This document shows, piece by piece, positions 27,073 through 37,343 of a stretch of DNA of 64,000 bases; position 1 is the stretch's first letter; every line of letters begins with the position of its first letter. The notes beneath the pieces are model-generated. The model was not told the DNA's origin and made no database searches. It saw only the letters and a list, made by a program, of their open reading frames with translations. The DNA is from Deltaproteobacteria bacterium (GTDB lineage: Bacteria; Desulfobacterota; Deferrimicrobia; Deferrimicrobiales; Deferrimicrobiaceae), in the NCBI GenBank assembly GCA_016218975.1, contig JACRCO010000037.1, positions 203,757 to 267,756 on the forward strand. Reading direction: 5' to 3'. The position numbers and the translations under genes were made by a program.

Positions 27073-27298
27073 ATGTACACGAAGATCCTCGTCCCGCCTG
27101 GGGTATGCCCATGATATGGACGTGGACATTCTGGTCATGAGCACGCACGGCCGCACGGGCTTTTCCAAGGTACTCATGGGAAGCGTCGCGGAACAGGTGA
27201 TGCTGACGACAAAACGGCCCGTCATGCTGGTGAAGCCCGAAAAGTTCCCCGTGGCGCACCACGTCGATGAAGGGGAGGTTTTTACAAGCGCGCACTGA
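27073..27298 (+). pseudogene. Universal stress protein (UspA-family) gene remnant with an internal deletion/frameshift
   Basis: AGGAGG Shine-Dalgarno then ATG MYTKILVPPGVCP-stop (typical Usp N-terminus) at 27073-27114. A +1-frame ORF at 27116-27298 encodes only the Usp C-terminal half (DVDILVMSTHGRTGFSKVLMGSVAEQVMLTTKRPVMLV). The ~80 central residues of a normal Usp are missing. Confidence 0.5.
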
Positions 27299-27374
27299 CG
27301 CCGCAACAGGCGGGGGTCCCCCCCTCCTCCGGCCCTGCCGGAGAGCCACCCCCACAATCAACCGCGCGCTTTAG

Positions 27375-27410
27375 CGCCCGGCAGGCCCTGACCGCCTGCC
27401 GGGCGTTTTC
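27375..27410 (+). terminator. Rho-independent terminator hairpin (possibly bidirectional)
   Basis: cgcccggcagg-(9 nt loop)-cctgccgggcg is a perfect 11-bp GC-rich stem followed by TTTTCGTTGGTTT. An A-rich run on the opposite side means it could also terminate the convergent 27417-27797 gene. Confidence 0.55.
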
Positions 27411-27416
27411 GTTGGT

Positions 27417-27797
27417 TTACTGGATCCTCAGGTTGACGGGTGACGACGGGGTAAACGCGGGGACTGCCCAGGACAGGGGGGCCGAATAAGAGGAATTCAC
27501 GCCGCCGACCGTGGCCCTGACACCGAAATAAATCGTGCTTCCCCGGGGCATGCCGGCGGTGCTCACGTTGAAAGTCACAGAGGTCGACGACGCCCCCGTC
27601 GCCAGGGTGTTCGGCGAGGCGAGGCTGGAACTGGTCGACCAGACAGTCGTGTATGTTACCGTTGCGGACCCAACGGCGGATCCGTCGGTGTAGGTGGTTA
27701 CCGCGTCCCAGGACAGCGTTTCCGCACGCGCGCCGGAGGCGCATATCAGGATGCCCGTTACGAGAACCAATGACGCGATGACGTGTTTCGCTTTCAC
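27417..27797 (-). CDS. Small secreted FN3-like protein (signal peptide; Ser/Thr-rich)
   Basis: Signal peptide MKAKHVIASLVLVTGILICASGARA. LSWDAVTTYTDGSA...YFGVRA...SAPLSWAVP resembles a fibronectin-III-like beta-sandwich. Paralogous to the adjacent lipoprotein. Confidence 0.45.
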   Translation of the reverse strand: MKAKHVIASLVLVTGILICASGARAETLSWDAVTTYTDGSAVGSATVTYTTVWSTSSSLASPNTLATGASSTSVTFNVSTAGMPRGSTIYFGVRATVGGVNSSYSAPLSWAVPAFTPSSPVNLRIQ

Positions 27798-27824
27798 GGA
27801 ATCCTCCTTACCGCTCTCCCCTTC

Positions 27825-28280
27825 TCACGTGCGACTCCACATCACAGGTGTCGAAAAGCCGGATCTGAGACCGTCGACGCCGACCGACTTGATGCTGAGG
27901 AAATAGACCGTTCCGCTCTGCGTGAACGGGGCCAGGTTGTTGAGGTTGAATGCGTTCGTAAGGGAAGGGAGATACGTTCGTCCGTCTGGCCCGAGAACGT
28001 TCGTAACCGCCGAAACCTGTGCGACCGCTACGTCGCTGTCGGAAAATTGTTCATCGCTACGCAGATAAAGTTCGTAGTAGTCCAGATCCGCGTACGGATC
28101 CATGACCGAATTGTCGGAAAATGTCGTAGGCGGATCCCACGCCAGCGAAGGGGCGGAAGACCCCGGGGAAGTCGTTCCCTGCCCGCTTTCGCCTCCTCCT
28201 CCCCCACCGCCGCATCCTATGAGAAGAATGGCAATCGTAACCGCCAAGGCTGTCTTCGTGAATTTGCCGGCTCGTTTCAT
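27825..28280 (-). CDS. FN3-like lipoprotein (lipobox LLIGC, Gly-rich linker)
   Basis: MKRAGKFTKTALAVTIAILLIGC-GGGGGGG then LAWDPPTTFSDNS...YELYL...YFLSIKSV...STPVMW. Start trimmed to the ATG at 28280. Confidence 0.5.
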   Translation of the reverse strand: MKRAGKFTKTALAVTIAILLIGCGGGGGGGESGQGTTSPGSSAPSLAWDPPTTFSDNSVMDPYADLDYYELYLRSDEQFSDSDVAVAQVSAVTNVLGPDGRTYLPSLTNAFNLNNLAPFTQSGTVYFLSIKSVGVDGLRSGFSTPVMWSRT

Positions 28281-28639
28281 CCTGCTTCCCCTGCCTTGGC
28301 GGGTTCGCCTCACCGCTTGCCGAACAGGGGTATTTCATGGCGCGTGCCAATGGAAACAGACGGACATCAATTTTTTGACGCACATATAACATATCGATTA
28401 TTAAAGGTATAATCTCCACTTCACCTTCACACCGGATTACCGGTCCGGCGGCCGGTAATAGAATTATTGCGATATCGTAATAAATATTTTCAAAACCGAA
28501 TTACACGGAAGGCGGACGGATCATAAGGGGGAGACGGGTGCCTTGCTGACTCAAATGAAAAAGGGAGACATGCACGCGGCAAAAGTTACTTGCCGATGCG
28601 CGCCTCCCTTATTTTCCGGGGGATCAGTCCGGGCGACTG

Positions 28640-29239
28640 TTATTTGGAGTCCGCTTGGACCACCGCGGCCTTATTGATCGAAACGGTTTTTCCCGGCAGG
28701 TGCTCGAACATTCCGGACCTGCCTATGGGGACATTCCGGATCTTGTCCACGACATCCATCCCTTCGATCACCTTTCCGAACACCGCATATCCGAACCCCT
28801 GTGGAGTTTCATTCGAGTGGTTGAGGAAATCGTTGTTCACCACGTTAATGAAGAATTGGGCGGTGGCGGAGTCCACTACCATCGTACGCGCCATGGCGAT
28901 CGTCCCGCGGTCGTTTTTGAGCCCGTTTCCGGCCTCGTTCTTTATGGGCGGCCTGGAGGGGCGCCGTTCCCTCATGTCTTGCGAGAACCCTCCCCCCTGG
29001 ATCATGAAATCACGTATGACACGGTGAAAGATCAGCCCGTCGTAATGTCCTTCCTTCACGTACGAAAGAAAGTTGGCGACGGTGATCGGCGCCTTGTCGG
29101 GATACAGCTCGACCTTGATGTTTCCCATGCTGGTTTCCAGTAGAACCACCGGTTTCCCCCCTTTTTTCGGCGCGTCGGCGGCATACGCCGCGCCGCAGGA
29201 AATCGCAAGAACGAGTACCGATACGGCGAGTTTTCGCAA
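28640..29239 (-). CDS. ppiA: Periplasmic cyclophilin-type peptidyl-prolyl cis-trans isomerase
   Basis: Signal peptide then [47 protein letters not shown] is the cyclophilin signature. Confidence 0.85.
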   Translation of the reverse strand: MRKLAVSVLVLAISCGAAYAADAPKKGGKPVVLLETSMGNIKVELYPDKAPITVANFLSYVKEGHYDGLIFHRVIRDFMIQGGGFSQDMRERRPSRPPIKNEAGNGLKNDRGTIAMARTMVVDSATAQFFINVVNNDFLNHSNETPQGFGYAVFGKVIEGMDVVDKIRNVPIGRSGMFEHLPGKTVSINKAAVVQADSK

Positions 29240-29265
29240 GGTTTCCTCCGCGCGAAACGTTATAT

Positions 29266-30849
29266 TTGAAGGAACATTCTATTCCATGTCCGTGTTTATA
29301 TAAAGCGGATGCAGGCATTATAATCAGGTACGATCCCCAGGCGGCATGGGAGGTTCTCATCAGAACTGCGGCGTGCGCATGCCTTGCGCTCATTTTCCTC
29401 GGGACATCCGTCGTTCATGCCCGCGGCGCTGTCGTCTCCCTCGACCAAGCCGTAAGGACGGCTGTCGGGAACAACCTGTCTCTCCGCGCGGCGACTTTCA
29501 CCCCGGCGGTATCGGCCACGGATATCCGGCGCGCCCGGGCGGTCTACAACCCACGTTTCACTGCCGCCCTCGATCACAGTGGATCGAACTCCCAGGCTGC
29601 CCCGGATTCCTTTTTCGTGGAAAGGAGCCGGTCCGTCGACGCGAATTTCTCGGCCGACATGCTGCTGTCCACTGGCGCCACGGCTTCGGCGTCATTCGCC
29701 AATCCCTGGCGGAAGGACAACCTTGGAACTTCGTTCTCGCGTTTCGCGCAACCAGACTTTTCCCTGTCCCTCTCGCAGCCGATCCTCCAGGGGCTCGGCA
29801 AGGAAGTCACGGAACGGGGGATCACCGTGGCGGAATTCGCGACGGAATCGTCGATTGCCGGATGGCGCTCGCAGGCGCTGACCGTTTCCGGAATCACGCG
29901 CGACCGGTATTTTTCCGTCATAAAGGCCCGCGAAAACCTCCAGACGCGAAAGGCATCCCTGGCTCTCGCCAACGAAATACACGCGAGCAACGAAGGCCGC
30001 GTCCGCGCGGGGGTACTGGCGGCGGTCGAACTGCTGGATTCCCGCCTCGGGGTCGCGCAACGTGAAAAGGACCTGCTGGCTGCGGAAAAGACGGCGCTCG
30101 ACGAAGCCGATACACTGCTCGTCCTCATGAACATGCCTCCGAACACCGCCCTGGAACTTGCCCAGCCGGAATTTTCGGCGGCCGCGGTCGACCGGTCCGA
30201 GGAAGGCGCCCTTAAAAAGGCGTTCGCGATGCGACCCGACATCCTTCAGGCAAAAATCAACCTGCGGAGCCAGGAGTTCAGTTCGAAGATCGGAAGGAAC
30301 CTCCTCCTGCCTTCCCTTGCGCTCAAGGGGAGCGCGGGAGTCTCCGGACTGGCGCAGGACTACGGAAGCGCGTTCGACGACATGAGGAGCGGAAAATACC
30401 CCTCCTGGGCGGTAGGGCTCGAATTCTCCTACCCGTTGGGGAACGATGCGGCGGAGGCCGACCTGGCGAAGAACCGGCTCCTTGCCGGCCAGTCCAGGGT
30501 ACAGATCCGGTCACTGGAAGAAACGGCGGGTCTCGAGGTCCGCCAGGCGATCCGCAACCTGGAAACACTGGAGAAGCAGATCGCGGTCGCCCGGCGCAGC
30601 GTGGAGCTCGCGGAGGCCCGGTTCGACTCCTACGTCAAGCGCGGCAAGGTAGGGCTGGCCACGACCAAGGACATTTTCCAGGTGGAATCGGACCTGACCG
30701 CCGCCCGGGAATCCCTCACCGCGGCGCTCGCCGATTACCAGGTCGGCGTCACCCGGTTCTGGACCAGCACCGGTGAGCTCCTCGAGAGGCACGGAATACG
30801 GATCGAGGACCGTGAAATAGAAAACATAGCCTGGAAAGGACTCCAATGA
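29266..30849 (+). CDS. TolC-family outer membrane efflux protein
   Basis: Two OEP repeats ([19 protein letters not shown]...; ...[18 protein letters not shown]) and a signal peptide. Only an in-frame TTG at 29266 was found as a start, so the start is uncertain. A TATAAT-like box lies at ~29322. ATGA overlap with the adaptor gene. Confidence 0.7.
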   Translation: MKEHSIPCPCLYKADAGIIIRYDPQAAWEVLIRTAACACLALIFLGTSVVHARGAVVSLDQAVRTAVGNNLSLRAATFTPAVSATDIRRARAVYNPRFTAALDHSGSNSQAAPDSFFVERSRSVDANFSADMLLSTGATASASFANPWRKDNLGTSFSRFAQPDFSLSLSQPILQGLGKEVTERGITVAEFATESSIAGWRSQALTVSGITRDRYFSVIKARENLQTRKASLALANEIHASNEGRVRAGVLAAVELLDSRLGVAQREKDLLAAEKTALDEADTLLVLMNMPPNTALELAQPEFSAAAVDRSEEGALKKAFAMRPDILQAKINLRSQEFSSKIGRNLLLPSLALKGSAGVSGLAQDYGSAFDDMRSGKYPSWAVGLEFSYPLGNDAAEADLAKNRLLAGQSRVQIRSLEETAGLEVRQAIRNLETLEKQIAVARRSVELAEARFDSYVKRGKVGLATTKDIFQVESDLTAARESLTAALADYQVGVTRFWTSTGELLERHGIRIEDREIENIAWKGLQ

Positions 30850-32039
30850 AGCGAGCGATCGCCGCCGCAGCCGCGGTCTGCCTGCTCGGCGCGTCGGGTT
30901 ACTACTTCTATGCCCGCAGCAACGGCAAGGCACCCGAATTCCGTACGGCCAAAGTGGAAAAGGGGGATCTCTTCGATACCGTTTCCGCCACGGGGAACAT
31001 AAATCCCGTGACCACCGTTCAGGTGGGGAGCCAGGTCTCCGGGACCATCCAGCACATCTACGTCGATTTCAATTCGCGCGTGAAGAAGGGGCAGGTGATC
31101 GCGAAGATCGACCCTCAGCTCTTCGAGGCGTCCGTAACGCAGGCGAGGGGGAACGTTACGAGCGCATCCGCCGCGGTGGAGAAGGCGAAGATAGTGACGG
31201 CGGACGCCTTGCGGACCCTGCGCCGCAACAAGGAGCTCATAAAGAACGGCTACGTGGCGCAGGCCGACGTGGATGCAGCACAGACGGCCTACGATTCCGC
31301 GGAGTCGACGCAGAAGGGAGCGGAGGCGCAGCTCGAACAGGCCAGGGGGGCGCTCTCCGTCGCCGAGACGAACCTTCGCTACACGACGATCAAGTCCCCC
31401 GTGGACGGAATCGTCATATCCCGTAACGTGGACGTGGGGCAGACGGTGGCTGCAAGTTTCCAGACCCCCACCCTTTTCACCATCGCGCAGGACCTCACGA
31501 AAATGCAGATCGACACCAATGTGGACGAGTCCGATATCGGCAGGACCGGCCCCGGACAGGAAGCCGCTTTCACCGTGGACGCCTGGCCGGGGAAAACGTT
31601 TTCCGGAAAGGTCATCCAGGTGCGCAACTCGCCGATCGTGACCCAGAACGTCGTGACCTACGACGTCGTCATCCAGGTAGACAACAAGGACCTGGGCCTC
31701 AAGCCCGGGATGACCGCAAACGTGTCGATCCGCATTCGCGACTTCAAGGACGTGGTGAAGATCCCGAACGCCGCCCTGCGGTACCGCCCGGCGGCTGCCG
31801 AGAAGAAAAAGCCGGAAAGCGGAAAGGACAAGGACACCCATGGATCGCACGTCTTCACGATCGGCAAGGACGGAAAACCCGCCGCGGTCCCCGTAAAGAC
31901 GGGCGTAAGCGACGGGACGTTCACCGTCCTTCTCGAGGGCGGCCTGAAGCCGGGAGACGAACTTATCGTGGCCGAGACACGCAAGAACCAGGGGAGCACG
32001 ACCGGTGCGGGTCCGCCCGGCATGGGGGGCTTCCGTTAA
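30846..32039 (+). CDS. Efflux transporter periplasmic adaptor subunit (HlyD/MacA family)
   Basis: N-terminal anchor; biotinyl-lipoyl-like QVGSQVSGTIQHIYVDFNSRVKKGQVIAKID; coiled-coil; beta-barrel domains. Confidence 0.85.
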   Translation: MKRAIAAAAAVCLLGASGYYFYARSNGKAPEFRTAKVEKGDLFDTVSATGNINPVTTVQVGSQVSGTIQHIYVDFNSRVKKGQVIAKIDPQLFEASVTQARGNVTSASAAVEKAKIVTADALRTLRRNKELIKNGYVAQADVDAAQTAYDSAESTQKGAEAQLEQARGALSVAETNLRYTTIKSPVDGIVISRNVDVGQTVAASFQTPTLFTIAQDLTKMQIDTNVDESDIGRTGPGQEAAFTVDAWPGKTFSGKVIQVRNSPIVTQNVVTYDVVIQVDNKDLGLKPGMTANVSIRIRDFKDVVKIPNAALRYRPAAAEKKKPESGKDKDTHGSHVFTIGKDGKPAAVPVKTGVSDGTFTVLLEGGLKPGDELIVAETRKNQGSTTGAGPPGMGGFR

Positions 32040-32042
32040 TCC

Positions 32043-32741
32043 GTGGGAACTCCCGCGATCGAAATACGCGGCCTCTGCAAAACCTACCGCCTCGGCGAAG
32101 TGAGCGTGGAGGCGTTGAGGGACGTCACGCTCGATATCGAGCGGGGGGAATTCCTCGCGGTCATGGGCGCTTCGGGATCCGGAAAATCCACGCTCATGAA
32201 CATACTGGGATGCCTCGACCGCCCCACCGCCGGTTCCTACAGGCTCGACGGCGAGGACGTCGGGACGCTTTCACGGGATGCGCTCGCGGGAATACGCAGA
32301 AAGAAGATCGGCTTCGTATTCCAGGGATTCAACCTGCTCGCACGGATGACGGCGCTCGAGAACGTGGAGCTGCCGATGATCTACGACAGCACCCCGTCCG
32401 CTGTCCGCCGTGAGCGTGCCCGCGAGGCGCTTCGAGCCGTGGGCATACTGGACCGGGAGCACCATAACCCCACGCAGATGTCGGGGGGCCAGCAGCAGCG
32501 GGTCGCCATAGCGCGCGCCATCGTGAACACTCCCTCCCTTCTGCTTGCCGACGAGCCCACCGGCAACCTGGACACCGCGACCAGTTTCGAAATCATGAAG
32601 GCCTTCCGGGGGCTGGCGGACGAACGGGGGATCACGCTTGTGCTGGTGACGCACGAAGAGGACATCGCCGGATATTCGAAGCGCATCGTGCGGTTCCGCG
32701 ACGGCCGGATCGTTTCGGACAAACCGGTGGGTGCGCCGTGA
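32043..32741 (+). CDS. ABC transporter ATP-binding protein (MacB/LolD-like)
   Basis: GASGSGKST Walker A, MSGGQQQRVAIARAI signature, LLADEPTGNLD Walker B. GTG start. Confidence 0.85.
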   Translation: MGTPAIEIRGLCKTYRLGEVSVEALRDVTLDIERGEFLAVMGASGSGKSTLMNILGCLDRPTAGSYRLDGEDVGTLSRDALAGIRRKKIGFVFQGFNLLARMTALENVELPMIYDSTPSAVRRERAREALRAVGILDREHHNPTQMSGGQQQRVAIARAIVNTPSLLLADEPTGNLDTATSFEIMKAFRGLADERGITLVLVTHEEDIAGYSKRIVRFRDGRIVSDKPVGAP

Positions 32742-33964
32742 ACCTCTACTCCGCTTCCAAGGTCGCCTACCGTTCCCTGAGGGCGAACAAGATGCGCTCG
32801 GTCCTCACGATGTTGGGGATGATCATCGGCGTCGCGGCCGTCATCGCAATGGTGGCTATCGGCGCGGGCGCGAACGAGAGGATTTCCGCACAGATCGCAT
32901 CCATCGGCTCGAACCTGATCATGATCCTCCCGGGCAGCACCACATCCGGAGGATTGCGATCCGGCTTCGGCGGCGTCCCCACACTTACGATGGCGGATGC
33001 GAAGGCCATCGGCAAGGAGCTCCCCGCCGTGGCGCGGGCGGGGCCGACGATCCGGAACACCGCCCCCGTCGTTTACGGCAACCAGAACTGGAGCACGATC
33101 ATCCAGGGCGTCACGCCCGAATACTTCCAGATCCGCGAGTGGATGGCGGAGAACGGCAGATTCTTTACGGAGGCGGAGGTGGAATCGGCCTCCAAGGTCG
33201 CGGTGCTGGGCCAGACCGTCGCGGTGAACCTCTTCGGAGAGGAAAACCCGATCGGGAAGATCGTCCGCATCAAGCGCATCCCGTTCACCGTGGTGGGAAT
33301 CCTGGAGAGGAAGGGACAATCCCCCCAGGGTCAGGACCAGGACGACGTCGTCGCCGTTCCCATTACCACCTCACAGAAGAAGTTGTTCGGCACCACCCAC
33401 ATCGGGATGGTCGGTGTCATACTCGTGCAGGCGGCCGGCCCGGACTCGGTGAAGGAAGCCGAAAAACAGGTTTCTGACCTCCTGCGGCAGCGGCACCGGA
33501 TCGGTCCGGCCCAGGATCCCGATTTTTCCATTCGCAACCTTTCCGAGATGCTGGCAGTGGCGGAAGCCTCCACCCGCGTCATGAGCCTGCTGCTCGGCGC
33601 AATCGCCTCGGTTTCACTGCTGGTGGGGGGGATCGGGATCATGAACATCATGCTCGTCTCCGTGACAGAGAGGACGCGGGAGATCGGGATCAGGATGGCC
33701 GTCGGCGCAAGGGAGCGGGACATCCTTCTCCAGTTCCTGATCGAGGCGCTCGTCCTTGCAGTCACCGGCGGGACGATCGGCATCCTGCTGGGGATCACCG
33801 GGTCGTCGTTGATCTCGAGATTCGCGGGTTGGTCCACCCTGATTTCGGGCGGGGCGATCCTGCTGGCGTTCGGGTTCTCCGCGGCGGTGGGGGTCTTCTT
33901 CGGATTCTATCCGGCGCGCAAGGCGTCGCGGATGGACCCGATCGAGGCGCTCAGATACGAGTGA
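32738..33964 (+). CDS. ABC transporter permease, FtsX/MacB family
   Basis: MacB_PCD periplasmic domain plus a C-terminal FtsX 3-TM bundle (IGIMNIMLVSVTERTREIGIRMAVGA). 4-nt overlap with the ATPase gene. Confidence 0.85.
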   Translation: MNLYSASKVAYRSLRANKMRSVLTMLGMIIGVAAVIAMVAIGAGANERISAQIASIGSNLIMILPGSTTSGGLRSGFGGVPTLTMADAKAIGKELPAVARAGPTIRNTAPVVYGNQNWSTIIQGVTPEYFQIREWMAENGRFFTEAEVESASKVAVLGQTVAVNLFGEENPIGKIVRIKRIPFTVVGILERKGQSPQGQDQDDVVAVPITTSQKKLFGTTHIGMVGVILVQAAGPDSVKEAEKQVSDLLRQRHRIGPAQDPDFSIRNLSEMLAVAEASTRVMSLLLGAIASVSLLVGGIGIMNIMLVSVTERTREIGIRMAVGARERDILLQFLIEALVLAVTGGTIGILLGITGSSLISRFAGWSTLISGGAILLAFGFSAAVGVFFGFYPARKASRMDPIEALRYE

Positions 33965-33972
33965 CCGCCGGG

Positions 33973-34683
33973 TTATGGCCCGGGCAGGGTGAGGACGACG
34001 CGGCCCATGAGCTGCTCCTTCTCCCCGGAAGGGCGCGCGGCGCCGACGATGATGGAGGTCACGGGGCCGCTCGGGTAGCGGCCGTAGGCGGCCATGAAAT
34101 CCTCCCTTAAATTCCTGCGCTCGCGGACCGTCTTCCCCTTATCCTCTTCCCCGGCCAGGATAAAAACCGTTTCCTCTTCGCCGGTTCGGTACATCGATCC
34201 CACCGGGACCTGGTTCCCCCACGCGTAGACGAGACGGATCCCGCCGGGAGGGAACCCGTGCCGGATCTTCCTGAAGAAATACAGGAATCGCGTCCGCCAG
34301 CCGAGTTCCTGGGAATCCTTCCCGAAGACGACGGTCACGGAAACAGGGAAGCGCGTCCGGAATTCCTTGTAGTCGCGGGAGGAGGAATTCGTCCCGTCGG
34401 ACGAAAATTCGAAGGCCAGAATGCCGCCCGCCGCGTTATCCAATGCCACTTTCTTCGACCAGGACACCCCCGATCCGGGGGGAAGAGCGAACTCCGCCGA
34501 GAGGCGATTGCCGTTCGCTTCGGCTTTAATGCGCGGCACGCTGCTCCAGTATCCCGAGGTCCGTTCCTCCCACCCCGCCGCCGAAAGTGAAGGTGAAGGA
34601 TCCGCTCCGACTGCAACAGCGACTGATAGCAGCATCATCGGGAGCGAAAGAATCGCCGCCAACCGGGCCGTGCGGAGAGTCAT
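33973..34683 (-). CDS. Secreted DUF3047-like protein
   Basis: Signal peptide MTLRTARLAAILSLPMMLLSVAVAVGA. ~220-aa mature domain with no catalytic motifs. Family assignment is from memory and of low certainty. Confidence 0.4.
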   Translation of the reverse strand: MTLRTARLAAILSLPMMLLSVAVAVGADPSPSLSAAGWEERTSGYWSSVPRIKAEANGNRLSAEFALPPGSGVSWSKKVALDNAAGGILAFEFSSDGTNSSSRDYKEFRTRFPVSVTVVFGKDSQELGWRTRFLYFFRKIRHGFPPGGIRLVYAWGNQVPVGSMYRTGEEETVFILAGEEDKGKTVRERRNLREDFMAAYGRYPSGPVTSIIVGAARPSGEKEQLMGRVVLTLPGP

Positions 34684-34693
34684 TCCCTTAACC

Positions 34694-35446
34694 CTAACCT
34701 TCATCTCCCCGCTCCTCCTCGCGCCGCGACAACTCCCATCCCGCCCCCCTCAGCTTTTCCGTGAAGGAATCGGCGCAGGCTGCGGCACGCGCAAACTCGT
34801 TCGCGCGAAAAACCACACGGACGCTGTACCCCGCCTCCATCATCGGGTACGAGCCCACGCTCACGTCCGGGAAGTCGGCCATCGCATCTTTCATGATCCC
34901 GGCGTAGCCGGACTCGGGAACCTTCCCGAACAGGATCACGCGGCTTTTGCGTTTCCCCTCGATGTGCGGGCGGATCCAATCGAACATCCTCTGAAGCAGC
35001 ATGGGAACCCCGGGAAACGCGGCCATCCGGGAGACGAAGAACCCCGGCGCCGCGCTGACCGGATTCGGGATCAGCGACGCGCCTTCCGGCACCTGCGCCA
35101 TCAGCATCCTGTAGGTGTTGATGCGGTCGCCGTAATATCGTTCAAGCTCCTCCTTCGCGTCGGGATGGACTATCAGCGGCACGCCGGCCACGCGCGCCAC
35201 CGCTTCCCGCGTGATGTCGTCCGGGGTCGGCCCGATCCCCCCTGTGAGAACCAGGAGATCGGCTTCCCCCAGGTAAGCGCGAAGATGCCTGGCAACCGTT
35301 TCGATGTCGTCCGGAAGGATGGCGCACAGCGTCACTTCGGCTCCCCACTCGTTGAGCCGGTGAAGGATATACCCCAGGTTCGCTTCACTGACTTCTGCCT
35401 TCAGGACTTCATCCCCCAGGATCACGACCCCCACCCTTGTCGCCAT
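34694..35446 (-). CDS. CinA-like molybdopterin-binding (MoCF_biosynth) domain protein
   Basis: VGVVILGDEVL...LVLTGGIGPTPDDITREA is the MoaB/MogA/CinA N-domain signature. Confidence 0.7.
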   Translation of the reverse strand: MATRVGVVILGDEVLKAEVSEANLGYILHRLNEWGAEVTLCAILPDDIETVARHLRAYLGEADLLVLTGGIGPTPDDITREAVARVAGVPLIVHPDAKEELERYYGDRINTYRMLMAQVPEGASLIPNPVSAAPGFFVSRMAAFPGVPMLLQRMFDWIRPHIEGKRKSRVILFGKVPESGYAGIMKDAMADFPDVSVGSYPMMEAGYSVRVVFRANEFARAAACADSFTEKLRGAGWELSRREEERGDEG

Positions 35447-35544
35447 ACGCCCTGTCTTTACCCCCGTTCCGCAATCGGATTATCTTAACGGATGCGGGAG
35501 GAAAAATCATTGGCTTTACCGCGCGCAGATAAGTTAAAACTTAC

Positions 35545-36627
35545 ATGGATCGTCATTCCGACGGAGAGAACGCCTTGAAAAAACCAATGACCTACGCCGC
35601 CGCCGGCGTGAGCATCGACGAGGGGGAGCGGCTGGTTTCCCTTATCCGGCCGATGGTCCGGACGACTTACCGCAAGGAAGTGCTTGGGGACATCGGTTCG
35701 TTCGCCGGATTCTTCCGTTTCCCGTCGAAAAGGTACCGGAACCCGGTGCTTGTCTCCGGGACCGACGGTGTGGGAACGAAAGTAAAGGTCGCCTCGATGG
35801 CCGGAAAGCTGGACACGGTCGGAATCGACCTCGTGGCGATGTGCGTCAACGACATCCTGGTCCACGGGGCGGAGCCCCTGTTCTTCCTCGACTACTACGC
35901 CACGGGGAAACTGTCCGCCGCTGACGGCGCCGCCGTGGTCTCCGGGATCGCGGAAGGGTGCCGCCAGGCCGGATGCGCGCTTCTCGGGGGGGAGACCGCC
36001 GAGATGCCTTCCGTGTACGCTCCGGGGGAGTTCGACCTTGCGGGATTCGCGGTGGGAATCGTCGAACGGGGGAAAATCATCGACGGCCGCACGGTCCGGC
36101 CGGGCGACGTCCTCCTCGGGCTTGCCTCCTCGGGGCTGCACAGCAACGGGTATTCGCTGGCGCGGAAGGTCGTCTTCGAGCGAATGAGAAAAAAGGCGGA
36201 CTCGCCGGTCCCCGAATGGGGCACGACAGCCGCCGGGGAATTGTTGAAGCCCACCAGGATCTACGTGCGGCCGGTGCTTTCCCTCTTGCGCAAGGTCCCG
36301 ATCCGCGCAATGGCGCACATCACCGGCGGAGGGATACCCGGAAATGTGCCGCGGACGCTGCCGGACGGCGTGACGGCTGTGATCGAGAAAGGGAGCTGGC
36401 CGGTCCTCCCGGTATTCGAAACGATAGCGCGCGAGGCGCGGCTCCCGGAAGAAGAGGCGTACCGCACCTTCAACATGGGGATCGGAATGGTAGTGGCCGT
36501 CCGCGCCGCCGACGCCGGAACGGCGCTTCGTATTTTGCGCCGCGCCGGTGAATCCGCATACGTCGTGGGCGAAATAAGGAAAGGCCGGAAGGGCGCCCCG
36601 CAGGTCCTTCTCGCCGGAGGAAGATAA
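35545..36627 (+). CDS. purM: Phosphoribosylformylglycinamidine cyclo-ligase
   Basis: AIR synthase signature (GVGTKVKVASMAGKLDTVGIDLVAMCVNDILVHGAEPLFFLDYYATGKL). The true start may be the ATG at 35587 (MTYAAAGVSIDEG). Confidence 0.9.
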   Translation: MDRHSDGENALKKPMTYAAAGVSIDEGERLVSLIRPMVRTTYRKEVLGDIGSFAGFFRFPSKRYRNPVLVSGTDGVGTKVKVASMAGKLDTVGIDLVAMCVNDILVHGAEPLFFLDYYATGKLSAADGAAVVSGIAEGCRQAGCALLGGETAEMPSVYAPGEFDLAGFAVGIVERGKIIDGRTVRPGDVLLGLASSGLHSNGYSLARKVVFERMRKKADSPVPEWGTTAAGELLKPTRIYVRPVLSLLRKVPIRAMAHITGGGIPGNVPRTLPDGVTAVIEKGSWPVLPVFETIAREARLPEEEAYRTFNMGIGMVVAVRAADAGTALRILRRAGESAYVVGEIRKGRKGAPQVLLAGGR

Positions 36628-37283
36628 TGAGCGACAGGCCCGCCATCGCCGTGCTCGTTTCGGGAAGCGGCTCGAACCTTCAGGCGATCATCGACGCCTC
36701 CGAGCGGGGGGAGATCCCCTGCCGGGTCGGGATCGTCATCAGCAACAAGGCGGACGCCTACGGCCTCGTCCGGGCCGGGAAGCACGGCATCCCCACGGAG
36801 GTCGTAAGCCACAAGGATTATCGCACGCGCGAAGAGTTCGACGGGCGGCTTGTGGAAACCATACGCAAGAGCAGGGCCGAGCTGGTCTGCCTGGCCGGAT
36901 TCATGAGGGTGCTCACCCCGGTGTTCGTCGGCGCCTTTCCCAGCCGGATATTGAACATACACCCGGCGCTGCTACCCTCATTCCCGGGCACGCACGGCCC
37001 CCGGCAGGCGCTGAACTACGGCGTCCGGTTTTCCGGATGCACCGTACATTTCCTCGACGAAGGGGTCGACACGGGGCCGATCATCGTGCAGGGAGTCGTT
37101 CCGGTGTACGACGACGACACCGAGGATACGCTCGCAGCGCGGATACTGGTCCAGGAGCACAAGATCTACCCGATGGCGATCCGGCTCTTCTTCCAGGGAA
37201 GGCTGCGGATCGAAGGGCGGCGCGTCTTCGCCGACGGCCTCCCCCGCATCCCCGAGTTCTTCCACCGCAACCCCGACGCTTAG
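36627..37283 (+). CDS. purN: Phosphoribosylglycinamide formyltransferase
   Basis: IAVLVSGSGSNLQAII...LVCLAGFMRVL...NIHPALLPSFPG is the GART signature. Confidence 0.9.
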   Translation: MSDRPAIAVLVSGSGSNLQAIIDASERGEIPCRVGIVISNKADAYGLVRAGKHGIPTEVVSHKDYRTREEFDGRLVETIRKSRAELVCLAGFMRVLTPVFVGAFPSRILNIHPALLPSFPGTHGPRQALNYGVRFSGCTVHFLDEGVDTGPIIVQGVVPVYDDDTEDTLAARILVQEHKIYPMAIRLFFQGRLRIEGRRVFADGLPRIPEFFHRNPDA

Positions 37284-37343
37284 GGACCCCCCCGGCCGGG
37301 ACCCGGCCCCGATGCGTACCCGCGAGTCGTGCGAGCCCGTTCG

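Noticed and set aside
28560-28640. Possible hairpins (cggcaaaagttacttgccg; attaccggtccggcggccggtaat at ~28436-28460) as terminators downstream of the cyclophilin gene
   Set aside because: Neither stem is followed by a convincing T-run on the relevant strand. Left as unassigned secondary structure.
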